Shown piece by piece: positions 39,328 to 48,426 of a stretch of 64,000 nucleotides of DNA (position 1 is the first letter of the stretch; every line of letters begins with the position of its first letter). The notes under the pieces are model-generated. The model ran no database searches. It was given only the letters and a program-made list of their open reading frames with translations, and was not told the origin of the DNA. The DNA lies in NCBI GenBank assembly GCA_035656295.1, contig DASRSU010000025.1:150132-214131 (forward strand), written 5' to 3'. A program made the translations under genes and the position numbers. This DNA is from Candidatus Bathyarchaeia archaeon. GTDB taxonomy: Archaea; Thermoproteota; Bathyarchaeia; 40CM-2-53-6.

Positions 39328-39483
39328 ATGGCACGACTGAACCTCCTCCTGGAGGACGACCTAGCCAAGAAGCTGCGGCTAAGAGCCGTCGAACTGTACG
39401 ATGGAGAGAAAGGGGCCCTCAGCAGGGCGATATCTGACGCGGTAGAGCTCTGGCTGGAGAAACCTGCTTCAAGGAAGAAATGA
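39328..39483 (+). CDS. ribbon-helix-helix (CopG-like) protein
   Basis: MARLNLLLEDDLAKKLRLRAVELYDGEKGALSRAISDAVELWL is a beta-strand plus two helices typical of RHH regulators. Lies next to attR. Confidence 0.45.
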   Translation: MARLNLLLEDDLAKKLRLRAVELYDGEKGALSRAISDAVELWLEKPASRKK

Positions 39484-39589
39484 GAAAAAGGGGGGATGTG
39501 GCATCAGCTGTGTTCCTCCGAAGAAGGATCGGTGGAGCCCTTGTTCTGATCAGTTTCAGCCTTGTCTGGTAGCTTTCTAGTGTAAGTCG

Positions 39590-39603
39590 TGGTAGCCCGG
39601 GGG
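39590..39603. repeat. attR core, equal to the 3' terminal 14 nt of the tRNA gene
   Basis: Identical to 27781-27794. Confidence 0.65.
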
Positions 39604-39709
39604 AGATTCGAACTCCCGTCGATGGGTTTCCTCCCGGAATCTGGTCCAAAGCCCATCATTGACCGGGCCATTTGTCGAGGCCCTTGCTAGTCCACTACAC
39701 CACCGGGCT
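39590..39709 (-). tRNA. tRNA gene with encoded CCA, about 120 nt, probably containing intron(s); isotype not resolved by hand
   Basis: Reverse complement ends ...GGGAGTTCGAATCTCCC-CCGGGCT-A-CCA: a 5 bp T-stem, a TTCGAAT T-loop, and a 7 bp acceptor stem pairing with the 5' AGCCCGG. Excess length and internal helices (GGGCC...GGCCC; ATGGG...CCCAT enclosing 25 nt) suggest one or two introns. Confidence 0.6.
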
Positions 39710-40134
39710 ACAAGTTTCGCTCCTCGTTCAGGATACCCAATAAAGCCTTCCCAGATCTATTCCTGATCATAGAAGATGTTCCTACGAAAATGCTCCCCCG
39801 AAGAGATACGATCTTCAGTAACGCACTCTCGTGAGGCCTTTTGCGACTTCACTGTGTCAGTTGTCCACTAAATTTGGAGATCATGGTGAATGAATTGCAA
39901 CCCACGCGAACAGGTTAATCGTGTATGCGTCCAGAGGAGCGGGGCACTCTCCCAAGTTGCCAGGCCATCAGATTAACTGGCTGAGCCGTCATTCTAGCTG
40001 GCTCGCCGTTTCGAATTTGACAAGATGCGTCCGATGACTCCTATGGCATTTTATTAAGAGCTGAGCAGACAGCGTTATTTCGTATTACTTGGGTAATACA
40101 ATCAACTGCAGGATGTCTTATCATTGGTCTCATC

Positions 40135-41199
40135 TTGCTCCAGTCAAGTATGTCGGCAGGAGAGCTTACGGCAGTTCGGCAGCCCATAGGAACTGGACTA
40201 AGAGTATACGTCGTCGGCGTCGGGGGTGCGGGGACAAATCTTCTTTCCCACGGAATCGACCGGGGGATGAACCCGAATAACTGTGTCGCCGTAAACAACG
40301 ATACCGGTCAGCTTGCGTGTTGTGCTGTTCCAAACAAAGTCTATCTCGGGAACCCGGTGTCAGAGAGTGATGCCCAAAGCCTTCAACCAAGACAAGTCGC
40401 AAGGTTCCTGCAATCTTCTGCCCAAAGGGTCGCGCCTTTTACTCAGGGTTCGGACTTCACAATATTGGTGGCCGGTCTGGGCGGCGTGATCGGGACTGGG
40501 ACGGCACCTGTAATCGCCCAGTCTCACAGGACACAAGTCAAACCGGTCGTTGCTATCGTCGCTATTCCCTTCATCCATGAAAGAGAGAGACGATTTCTGG
40601 CTGTGCGGGGTCTCAAAAAGATGGTTGAAGCCTGCGACTGCACCATAGTTGTTGACAACGGAATCGAAAGAGAGCCTTTCCAGTCATCTTCTCGCGAGGC
40701 CGATGTAACAGCCTCGTCAGCCATGCATACGCTCTCAGAAATCCTATCTGCAGGAGGTCGAGCACTGGGCCAGAAAATTCTCGACGCTCTCTCAATAGGG
40801 GATATAGCAACCGTCTGTAGCACCACCTGGACCCACAGGGATACCATCCAGTCGACCGTTTTCAATGCCCTACGGTCTCCATCGGCAAAAATGCCACTCA
40901 ATCAAACTAGAGGAGCAGTCCTAGTGTACACGGGCCCAACCCCGTTAACCACTACCCAGGCTGCAAAGGCTTACGAAACTATCGTCTCCATGGTCGGCCA
41001 CAACGTTAGGTTCGTGTTCGGAGGAATAACCAGACCCTCTGAGCCAAGGGTTTCAATCTTCTTATCAGGCTACTCATACGACAATGCCCTGGTAGCGTTC
41101 GTGGATTTCATAGAGAACATATACGATCTGGAGTACGGGCAAGATCGATCAACCTTAGCAATACGCTTGGAAATTCCTCTTTTCGAGATGGAAAACTAG
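40135..41199 (+). CDS. FtsZ/tubulin-superfamily protein, divergent (thaumarchaeal FtsZ-like)
   Basis: VYVVGVGGAGTNLL (GGGGN-like) and the tubulin signature LGGVIGTGTAPVIAQ (GGGTGTG). The T7-loop NxDFAD catalytic region is not conserved. Confidence 0.65.
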   Translation: MLQSSMSAGELTAVRQPIGTGLRVYVVGVGGAGTNLLSHGIDRGMNPNNCVAVNNDTGQLACCAVPNKVYLGNPVSESDAQSLQPRQVARFLQSSAQRVAPFTQGSDFTILVAGLGGVIGTGTAPVIAQSHRTQVKPVVAIVAIPFIHERERRFLAVRGLKKMVEACDCTIVVDNGIEREPFQSSSREADVTASSAMHTLSEILSAGGRALGQKILDALSIGDIATVCSTTWTHRDTIQSTVFNALRSPSAKMPLNQTRGAVLVYTGPTPLTTTQAAKAYETIVSMVGHNVRFVFGGITRPSEPRVSIFLSGYSYDNALVAFVDFIENIYDLEYGQDRSTLAIRLEIPLFEMEN

Positions 41200-41211
41200 C
41201 AGGTATGCCCC

Positions 41212-41829
41212 TCATCGACACAGTTTTTTCAGTCTGTCTCCGAGCCTAATGGGTACTCCCTCTGGCTGGATATCGCCGTTTCTTATCGCTGCAAGTATCG
41301 ACGGTGTCTCTTTGGAATGAGCTTCTATCACTGTGCAAGCTCTTCCGAGAGTCTCTGGAATGTGCGAGTCACTGCCTCCCGTCCGGGGCAATCCGTGTAG
41401 TTTTGCGAACTTTTCCGCCTTTCTCCAGGAAAGCGAATGGAGAAAGCTTGCAGAGTTCACTACTTCGATCGCGTCTGGACGAAGTGACAATCGTTGGGGG
41501 GTAATGCTAGATCGCAGCAGATCATAGGGATGCGCGACTATCGCGATTCCACCTGCGGCGTGGATTAGCGTTATAGTCTCTTCTGCGGACAAACCTCGAG
41601 GAACCGCCTTTGATACCCCCAAGCCCAAGAGGTGTCCATCACGAGTGGAGACTTCGATTCCAGGAATAATGATCACATCGTCCGAGGTTATTGTCGAAAG
41701 GAAATTGTGATCGGTGATCGCTAAACCGTCGAGACCCGCCGCCTTGCAAAGCGAGGTTACCCGTTCCGGCATAGTATGGGCGTCCTTCGAATTGGCAGTA
41801 TGAACGTGAAGGTCAAGCCGCAGTTTCAA
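41212..41829 (-). CDS. PHP-domain metal-dependent phosphoesterase
   Basis: LDLHVHTANS...ITDHN...VAHP histidine motifs. 205 aa. Confidence 0.7.
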   Translation of the reverse strand: MKLRLDLHVHTANSKDAHTMPERVTSLCKAAGLDGLAITDHNFLSTITSDDVIIIPGIEVSTRDGHLLGLGVSKAVPRGLSAEETITLIHAAGGIAIVAHPYDLLRSSITPQRLSLRPDAIEVVNSASFLHSLSWRKAEKFAKLHGLPRTGGSDSHIPETLGRACTVIEAHSKETPSILAAIRNGDIQPEGVPIRLGDRLKKLCR

Positions 41830-43513
41830 GAAGTGTCCCCGAACGAATCCTTGCCAGCTGTGCGCGCACTTCTTCAGCGGAAACCTTGTGGAACAGTGGT
41901 TGGAGTGGCCTAATCTTACTGCCTGATGTTAGAGTTACGTGCCCCGCTCTAGTCCAGTCAGGAGCTTTACCTGAGAACAGGCTTTGAAGAATCTTCGAAG
42001 CGCTCTTCGGCATAAAGGGCTGTAGAAGAATTCCAATTGTACTAACTATTTGGAGTACGACTCCAATCGATTGCCCTGCATCTGATGAACGCGTCTTAAT
42101 CATGTGCCACGGTTCTCTCTCGTTCAGATACCTGTTCCCTTCTCTGGCCAATTGCACGACTTGCTCTAACGATTCCTTCAAATGGAACTGTTCGAGTCTT
42201 GTTTTGACTCGCTCGGCAATTTCAGCGACGACCTTCAGAAGAGCTTGATTCTCTTGGAGTGTCGACGTGAACTCGGGGACACGTCCATTGAACCTAGTGT
42301 GAGCGAACGCAATCGTCCGATGTACAAAGTTGCCCAGGACATCGTTCAGTTCAGTGTTGATTTTCCGTTCGAACTCTTCCCATGTAAAGTTACTATCTTT
42401 TTGTTCTGGCCTCAGACTGATGAGGACGTACCGCCAGTATTCCGCAGACTCAAGCTCCAGAGCCTCGTCTATCCAGATCCCGATTTTTCGACTCTTCGAA
42501 AATTTTTGCCCTTCAAACTGAATGTACTCGGTCGAACATACTTGCCAAGGAAGAGAGTAGTTGTCCCCGGAAGCCATCAGCAAAGCAGGAAAAATTATCG
42601 TGTGAAACGGAATGTTGTCCTTTCCGATGAAGTGAATGTTATGACTGTCGTTTCGAAGCCAATACTTTTTCCATGCGGCTGGCTTGTTCTGTTTCTCCGC
42701 CCATTGTAGCGTTGCCGAGACATATCCTAGCACTGCCTCCATCCAGACATAGATTGTCTTGTTTTCTGCACCCTTGAACGGCGCCGGAATGCCCCAACGA
42801 TTGTCTCTAGTTAGAGACCTCGGCTTGAGCCCCTCCCTAATCCAAGCTAAACTAAGGTTTCGAGCATTCTCAGGAAAGTTCGCATGCTCTAATAAGTACT
42901 GCTCCAGCTTGGTCGTCAACTTAGGAAGATCAAAAAACCAGTCTGTTGAGTCTCTCCAAACGGGTGGTGTTTTGTCGAGTACGCAATAGGGTTTGATCAG
43001 GTCTTTGGGTTCGAGAATCCTTCCACAGTTATCGCACTGATCCCCCCTCGCCCGTGCATAATGACAAAATGGACACTCACCTTCTATGAATCGATCAGGA
43101 AGAAATCGCTTGTCTATTTCGCAGTAAGGCATTGTTATTTTCTGAGAATAGACATATCCATTCCTGTCCACTTTTCGGTAGAATGCTTGTACGAATTTTT
43201 TGTGGACAGGATTTTCCGTGCGAGTATAATTGTCGAATTGGATGTCGAATGCCTTCAAAGCATCAAGATACACTCTATGATACTCATTCGTTAGCTCCCT
43301 AGGATGTATCCCTCTCGAAAGTGCTTCGACTTCTATCGGCGTTCCATGCTCATCGCTCCCACTTACGAGTACAGCATCTTCGCCCTTGAGTCGCAGGTAC
43401 CGAGTGTAGACATCCGCTGAAAGCAGGTGAATGAAGGTTCCCAAGTGTGGCTTGTCGTTAACGTATGGCCACGCCGAGCATACAACCCACCTCCCCACGC
43501 CTGTTACGTCCAT
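41813..43513 (-). CDS. metG: methionine--tRNA ligase
   Basis: Class I HIGH-region (PYVNDKPHLGTFIH). KFSKS (KMSKS) motif. Zn knuckles CPFC...CDNCG. Confidence 0.9.
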   Translation of the reverse strand: MDVTGVGRWVVCSAWPYVNDKPHLGTFIHLLSADVYTRYLRLKGEDAVLVSGSDEHGTPIEVEALSRGIHPRELTNEYHRVYLDALKAFDIQFDNYTRTENPVHKKFVQAFYRKVDRNGYVYSQKITMPYCEIDKRFLPDRFIEGECPFCHYARARGDQCDNCGRILEPKDLIKPYCVLDKTPPVWRDSTDWFFDLPKLTTKLEQYLLEHANFPENARNLSLAWIREGLKPRSLTRDNRWGIPAPFKGAENKTIYVWMEAVLGYVSATLQWAEKQNKPAAWKKYWLRNDSHNIHFIGKDNIPFHTIIFPALLMASGDNYSLPWQVCSTEYIQFEGQKFSKSRKIGIWIDEALELESAEYWRYVLISLRPEQKDSNFTWEEFERKINTELNDVLGNFVHRTIAFAHTRFNGRVPEFTSTLQENQALLKVVAEIAERVKTRLEQFHLKESLEQVVQLAREGNRYLNEREPWHMIKTRSSDAGQSIGVVLQIVSTIGILLQPFMPKSASKILQSLFSGKAPDWTRAGHVTLTSGSKIRPLQPLFHKVSAEEVRAQLARIRSGTLLETAA

Positions 43514-43633
43514 TCCTTTTGAGCTAGTCAGGATTCAAGGCTCACGGTTTTGATAAGTGTTTGTTGGAAACGGTTGAAATAGGACTTCGACCTAATCACT
43601 GTTAGGGTGTAAACTTCGCAGAGTTATGAGTCG

Positions 43634-44023
43634 TTGCTCGACAGGGCGCTATCAGGGATTACAAAGAAAGGAACTTCGGGTGAAAGATTCGAGGTTCCCG
43701 TCGCACAAGTGCAGGTAATTGGCGCTCGAACTATAGTCGTCAACTTTGCGGACGTCGTGGATAGGTTGAACAGGGACCCTCACCATGTCTTGAAGTACTT
43801 AGCGAAAGAGATGGCAACCGCGGGATCTTATGAAAGTGGCCGCGGATATTTCCAAGGCAAGTTTTCCCGTGAAACTATCAATAGACTGATAGGCGTTTAC
43901 TCGAACAGGTTCGTCATTTGTCCCGTCTGCCATCGACCAGACACTCGGGTGGAAAGACGCGAGCGTCTCTCCTTCCTAGTCTGTGAGGCTTGCGGGGCTC
44001 GGTCCTCGATTCTCACGACCTAG
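43634..44023 (+). CDS. translation initiation factor aIF2 beta subunit
   Basis: 129 aa with a C-terminal C4 zinc finger (CPVCHRPDT...CEACG). Archaeal/eukaryotic only. Confidence 0.8.
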   Translation: MLDRALSGITKKGTSGERFEVPVAQVQVIGARTIVVNFADVVDRLNRDPHHVLKYLAKEMATAGSYESGRGYFQGKFSRETINRLIGVYSNRFVICPVCHRPDTRVERRERLSFLVCEACGARSSILTT

Positions 44024-44079
44024 GGTCTCAATTATTGCACCTGGTCTACGCATGCTCGTACAAGACGGAAAAAGGCCTG

Positions 44080-44334
44080 ATGGTAGCATGTTGTGACGAC
44101 GATATTATTGGAAAGACGTTCAGACAAGGAAAACTGAAACTCAACCCTGACTCGAGATTCTATGGAAATTCTGTTAGCCGCATATCAGACGCGTTGGTGA
44201 TATTGGAAAAGGCCGACATACTGAACCTAGTCGGCGAAAGAATCATTCAGGCAGCCATAGAAAGAGGTCTTGTGCATCCGGACGCGGTGATAAGGATCGA
44301 CGGCGTTCCGCACGTGCAAGTTATGAGACTCTAG
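44080..44334 (+). CDS. DUF424-like small archaeal protein (start taken at an internal ATG to avoid overlap with the aIF2-beta gene)
   Basis: ORF track gives 43990-44334. The conserved position downstream of aIF2-beta is typical of DUF424. Confidence 0.4.
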   Translation: MVACCDDDIIGKTFRQGKLKLNPDSRFYGNSVSRISDALVILEKADILNLVGERIIQAAIERGLVHPDAVIRIDGVPHVQVMRL

Positions 44335-44335
44335 T

Positions 44336-45913
44336 TCAGTGTTTTGCAACTTGGTAATTTTCGCCAACGTTGTTTACGGGAGAATAGTTTGTCGGCTGAC
44401 CGTTCTTCCCCTGTACTATCTTTCTCCAGTTCAGCTGGAGAGTTTTGGGATGTGACGCTTTGACTTCGTCTATTCGTCTCACCGAGGTATTGTGCGGTGC
44501 ATCCTTCACTAGGTCTGGATTCCGCTTTGCCTCATCGGCTGTTCGTAGGATTACTTCTACGAGTCGATCCAGATCTTCGATGCTTTCTGATTCTGGTGTT
44601 TCAATCATTAGAGCCTCGTCTACGATTTGTGGGAAATAGACTGTTGGAGAATGCAGTCCGAAATCTAGCATTCTCTTTGCAATGTCCATGGCCCTGACTC
44701 CAGTCTCTTGGGTAAGCCTCTTCGTACTCAGTACAAACTCGTGTTTTCTCTTCCTGGAAAATGGTAGGTCAAACTTGCTGCTCTCCATTATTTTTGACAG
44801 TACATAGTTCGTATTCAGCACGGAGGTTTCACCTGCAGTTCTGAGTCCGTCCGCTCCGAGACTCAGAATGTACGAATATGCTCGGACGAGTATCCCTATG
44901 TTTCCGTGAAAAGCCCGTATCTTTCCTACGGTGTCAGTCACATCATAGTCGTAGTAGTATCTCTTTCCATCAAAGCCGATCAGCGGAACGGGAAGGAACC
45001 GTTCAAGTCTCTTGGTAACACCTACTGGACCTGCACCGGGACCTCCGCCTCCGTGCGGTGTTGCAAATGTCTTGTGCAGGTTCAGATGTACGATGTCGAA
45101 ACCCATGTCTCCGGGTCTGGCCTTTCCCAGAATCGGGTTGAAATTGGCGCCGTCGTAATACAACATCCCTCCCGCTTCGTGCACTACTTGAGCAATTTCC
45201 AATATCTCGCGCTCGAAAATACCCAGAGTGTTCGGGTTTGTTATCATCAATCCAGCGGTCCTCGAACCTACCATTCGCTTGAGAGATTCGAGGTCGACGA
45301 TGCCCTCGGGGCTTGAAGATACAATCTTCACCTTGAACCCCGCCATGGCCGCACTCGCCGGGTTGGTGCCGTGAGCGGAGTCCGGCACTATCATCTCGTC
45401 TCGCATGTCCATTTCACCCCTTGTTCTGTGATATGCTCTGATTATGAGTGCCCCAAGGTACTCACCATGAGCTCCGGCAGCAGGTTGGAGCGACATCCTA
45501 CTCATTCCGGTGATCTCGCAAAGGGCCTTGTCCAGTTTGTAGAGGATCGAGAGTATTCCTTGGACTGTTGACTCGTCCTGTTCCGGGTGTAGCTTCTCAA
45601 GTTTGGGATTTTGAACAATTATCTCCGATACTTTCGGGCTGTACTTCATTGTACAACTCCCCAGAGGATAAATCCCAGTATCTACAGAGTAGTTTTGCTG
45701 CGACAAACGGATGAAGTGTCGCATAACCTCCGGCTCGGACAGCTCGGGCAGCTTCGGCAGGTCATCTCTTCTCAGAGACGAAGGGACCAACTCCAGAAGG
45801 TTTCCAACTGTCTTCTCTTCAGTCGGAGACGGTCTTTCAGGGTTATGCCCGATCTTGCCTGGTCGTGACCTTTCGATTATGAGGGGTTCGTTCCAAGTCG
45901 CTTGGTGAAACAT
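44336..45913 (-). CDS. gcvPB: glycine dehydrogenase (decarboxylating) subunit 2
   Basis: 525 aa. PLP-dependent P-protein C-terminal half, with the SLNLHKTF Lys motif. Confidence 0.85.
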   Translation of the reverse strand: MFHQATWNEPLIIERSRPGKIGHNPERPSPTEEKTVGNLLELVPSSLRRDDLPKLPELSEPEVMRHFIRLSQQNYSVDTGIYPLGSCTMKYSPKVSEIIVQNPKLEKLHPEQDESTVQGILSILYKLDKALCEITGMSRMSLQPAAGAHGEYLGALIIRAYHRTRGEMDMRDEMIVPDSAHGTNPASAAMAGFKVKIVSSSPEGIVDLESLKRMVGSRTAGLMITNPNTLGIFEREILEIAQVVHEAGGMLYYDGANFNPILGKARPGDMGFDIVHLNLHKTFATPHGGGGPGAGPVGVTKRLERFLPVPLIGFDGKRYYYDYDVTDTVGKIRAFHGNIGILVRAYSYILSLGADGLRTAGETSVLNTNYVLSKIMESSKFDLPFSRKRKHEFVLSTKRLTQETGVRAMDIAKRMLDFGLHSPTVYFPQIVDEALMIETPESESIEDLDRLVEVILRTADEAKRNPDLVKDAPHNTSVRRIDEVKASHPKTLQLNWRKIVQGKNGQPTNYSPVNNVGENYQVAKH

Positions 45914-47311
45914 TCACGCTGGTCCTCCTAGAGACTTGTCAAGAATCGCGTATAGTCGGTCAATAGCACTCGTCGCATGAGTTTCCGTTACTGAGAGCAG
46001 ACAACTTTCTCCGAGCTCCGCGAAATCCTTGACCAAACTCTTTCCACCGTGGACACCGTTAGCCAATAGTGAGCCATTGGTCCTGGAGACTGTTCCCGGC
46101 GGACCGCTAAAGGATGCCACGAAATCTTGATAATGATTAGCCTCGAACCTCGGGATTTTGGCTCTGCGTAATTCAGAGAGACGTTTGATTGCGTAATTGG
46201 TCTTCGTTAGGATCGTGTCGAATAGCTGTCGAAGACCGTTCGGTCCAAGAAGTGATAGGAATACGGCCGCTCCGACACCAAGGAGGGCTTCATTGGTGCA
46301 AATGTTTGACGTGGCTCTTTCTCTGCGGATGTGCTGCTCCCTTGTCTGGAGTGCCATACTGAACGCACGTTGCTCGCCATCCATCGTAGTAGTCAGACCA
46401 ATGAGCCGTCCAGGGATCTGCCTAAGCAGATTTTCTCCTCGGCAACCGATAATTCCGAGAAGTGGGCCGCCAAAATTCATTTCGGAAGAAATGGATTGAC
46501 CCTCCGCAACTACAATGTCGGATCCGTATGCACCCGGTGGCTTCAGACCGCCGAGCGAGATCGGATCGAAACCTGTAATCGCGAGAGCTCCCTTTTCATG
46601 GGACAATTCTGGAATCCTGACAACATCTGGGTCCAAGATTCCGAAGAATGAGGGTGTCTCGGAATACACGGCGGCAGTTTCTCTATCCAGTCTTGATTGG
46701 AGATCCTGAATGTCCACGCCTCCTGTCTCCATGTCGTAACCATATGCTTCCGTCATAATCCCTACCGGTTCTGTGTAGTTGTGCAATACTGACAGCTTGT
46801 CGGGGTGTAAGTTTTTGGGGACTAGGATCTTGTAGCGACCTGTTGCGCGAACAGCCATTCTAGCTGATTCACCTACCGCTGTAGAACCGTCATAAAGTGA
46901 TGAGTTAACTGCATCCATCTCTGTTAGGTCTGCTATCATCGACTGGAACTCGAATAGTGCCTGCAACAATCCTTGCGAAATCTCGGCTTGGTAGGGCGTG
47001 TAGGATGTTTGAAATTCGGTTCTAGAGAGTATCGCCTTGACCGCGGCTGGAATGTAATGGTTGTAGATTCCGGCTCCGAGGAATATTGGACCGTCATTGC
47101 TTGACTTGTTGGCTGAGAGTAGGCTTTCCAGGTGTTTAGCAATGTCTTGCTCTGATGAATGGCCTTCGACTTTCAGAGGCTTCTTCAGAACTATCCTATC
47201 TGGTATGTCTGAGTAGAGTTCGTCGATTGAAGTTATGCCGATTGTCTGGAGCATCTTTCTCCTACTTTGCTCGGCAGCATTGGGGATGAATGGATGAATC
47301 GTCGATGCCAA
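45914..47311 (-). CDS. gcvPA: glycine dehydrogenase (decarboxylating) subunit 1
   Basis: 465 aa. P-protein N-terminal half. Its stop abuts the gcvPB start. Confidence 0.85.
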   Translation of the reverse strand: MASTIHPFIPNAAEQSRRKMLQTIGITSIDELYSDIPDRIVLKKPLKVEGHSSEQDIAKHLESLLSANKSSNDGPIFLGAGIYNHYIPAAVKAILSRTEFQTSYTPYQAEISQGLLQALFEFQSMIADLTEMDAVNSSLYDGSTAVGESARMAVRATGRYKILVPKNLHPDKLSVLHNYTEPVGIMTEAYGYDMETGGVDIQDLQSRLDRETAAVYSETPSFFGILDPDVVRIPELSHEKGALAITGFDPISLGGLKPPGAYGSDIVVAEGQSISSEMNFGGPLLGIIGCRGENLLRQIPGRLIGLTTTMDGEQRAFSMALQTREQHIRRERATSNICTNEALLGVGAAVFLSLLGPNGLRQLFDTILTKTNYAIKRLSELRRAKIPRFEANHYQDFVASFSGPPGTVSRTNGSLLANGVHGGKSLVKDFAELGESCLLSVTETHATSAIDRLYAILDKSLGGPA

Positions 47312-47409
47312 ACGTATCCTTGTATCAGTACGAATTTTTCGATCACTGATAATGTTTCCTTCTCGACGGTCGCCATTTTATAGTCGGTAACTACCGGCCC
47401 CAGTTTGAC

Positions 47410-48426
47410 ATGGCACCATTAGGGCAGGAGACCGTAGCGGTACTTGTGGCCCTCGGATCCTTTCCGCTGTCGCTTGGAATCACCCGAGTTCTAATGACTT
47501 GGAATCTTTCAAAGGGAATCGTCGGGATTGATGCTCACAAGTTGAGTAGCCCGAAGATTCCAGAGATGTGTGGTGCATCGGTTCCCATCACCGTCATATT
47601 GTTCGGATTGCTATACGCGTTGACTCAAGGTGCACAATCTTTGATTTTACTCTCGTACTGCCTTGTCGTCGGTCTGGCTGGTCTTGTGGGTGCTATCGAT
47701 GATATGTTCAAGCTGCCTGGGATCTACAAGCCTCTCATGACAATTTTCTGCGGAATGCCGATATTGGTCTTAGGGCTCCTGTATCCCGGCCAGGTTTACA
47801 ACTCCACGCTAAAGGTTCCAATCTTTGGCGCGTTCCATCTGCCGATTATCTATCCCTTGACGATACTCGTTGCTATAGCTGTGAGCTCGAATACTGTAAA
47901 CATGCTTGATCCTCTCAACGGATCCATGGCGGGAGCGATGACGATCGTCTGTGTCGGCCTCGTGATTGGATTGGTCTTGTTGGCTGGCAGTTCAACAATA
48001 GTATTTCTCTACTCCAGCCTTGCATTCGCATTGCTGGGGTTTTACTATTACAACAAATATCCTGCCCGTGCGTTTGCGGGGAATGTCGGTCAATTATCGA
48101 TTGGAGCTTCCATCGGGGCACTCGCGATCTTAGGTAGAATTGAGATAGCAAGCATCGTGGCGATATTTCCTAACATTCAAAACTCCTTTTTCTTCCTCTC
48201 GAAGATAAGACGGTTTACAGAACATAGAAGACTAAAAGCCCGACCAACAAAGCTACTGGAAGATGGAAGGCTTGCCTCTTCCGAAGACGAAGGAGCACCG
48301 TTGACACTCGTAAGAACGTTGATCGTTGTCCGGCCGTCCACAGAACCGGAAATCGTACACACAATCTTTGCGCTATTTGTCATATCCACGAGCCTTGCTG
48401 TGGTCACAATGCTCTTGACAGGTTGA
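47410..48426 (+). CDS. glycosyltransferase family 4 (MraY/WecA/AglH-like UDP-GlcNAc:polyprenyl-phosphate GlcNAc-1-P transferase)
   Basis: Polytopic membrane protein with the GAIDDMFKLPG motif. Confidence 0.7.
   Translation: MAPLGQETVAVLVALGSFPLSLGITRVLMTWNLSKGIVGIDAHKLSSPKIPEMCGASVPITVILFGLLYALTQGAQSLILLSYCLVVGLAGLVGAIDDMFKLPGIYKPLMTIFCGMPILVLGLLYPGQVYNSTLKVPIFGAFHLPIIYPLTILVAIAVSSNTVNMLDPLNGSMAGAMTIVCVGLVIGLVLLAGSSTIVFLYSSLAFALLGFYYYNKYPARAFAGNVGQLSIGASIGALAILGRIEIASIVAIFPNIQNSFFFLSKIRRFTEHRRLKARPTKLLEDGRLASSEDEGAPLTLVRTLIVVRPSTEPEIVHTIFALFVISTSLAVVTMLLTG

Larger units (their letters stand above)
27774..39603. mobile_element. integrated mobile genetic element (plasmid/provirus-like, about 11.8 kb) inserted at the 3' end of a tRNA gene
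   Basis: The exact 14 bp direct repeat tggtagcccggggg at 27781-27794 and 39590-39603 is extended by aagtcg with one indel. The right copy is the 3' terminal 14 nt of the tRNA gene. Between the repeats lie a tyrosine integrase, a P-loop replication ATPase, and small zinc-ribbon, HTH and RHH genes, mostly on the minus strand. The interior looks GC-richer than the flanks. Confidence 0.65.

Noticed and set aside
39550-39712. tRNA on the plus strand, or a tRNA fragment that would be the 5' rather than 3' end at the att site
   Set aside because: Only the minus-strand reading gives a T-loop (TTCGAAT), a 7 bp acceptor pairing and a terminal CCA. The repeat therefore corresponds to the tRNA 3' end, as expected for integrase targets.
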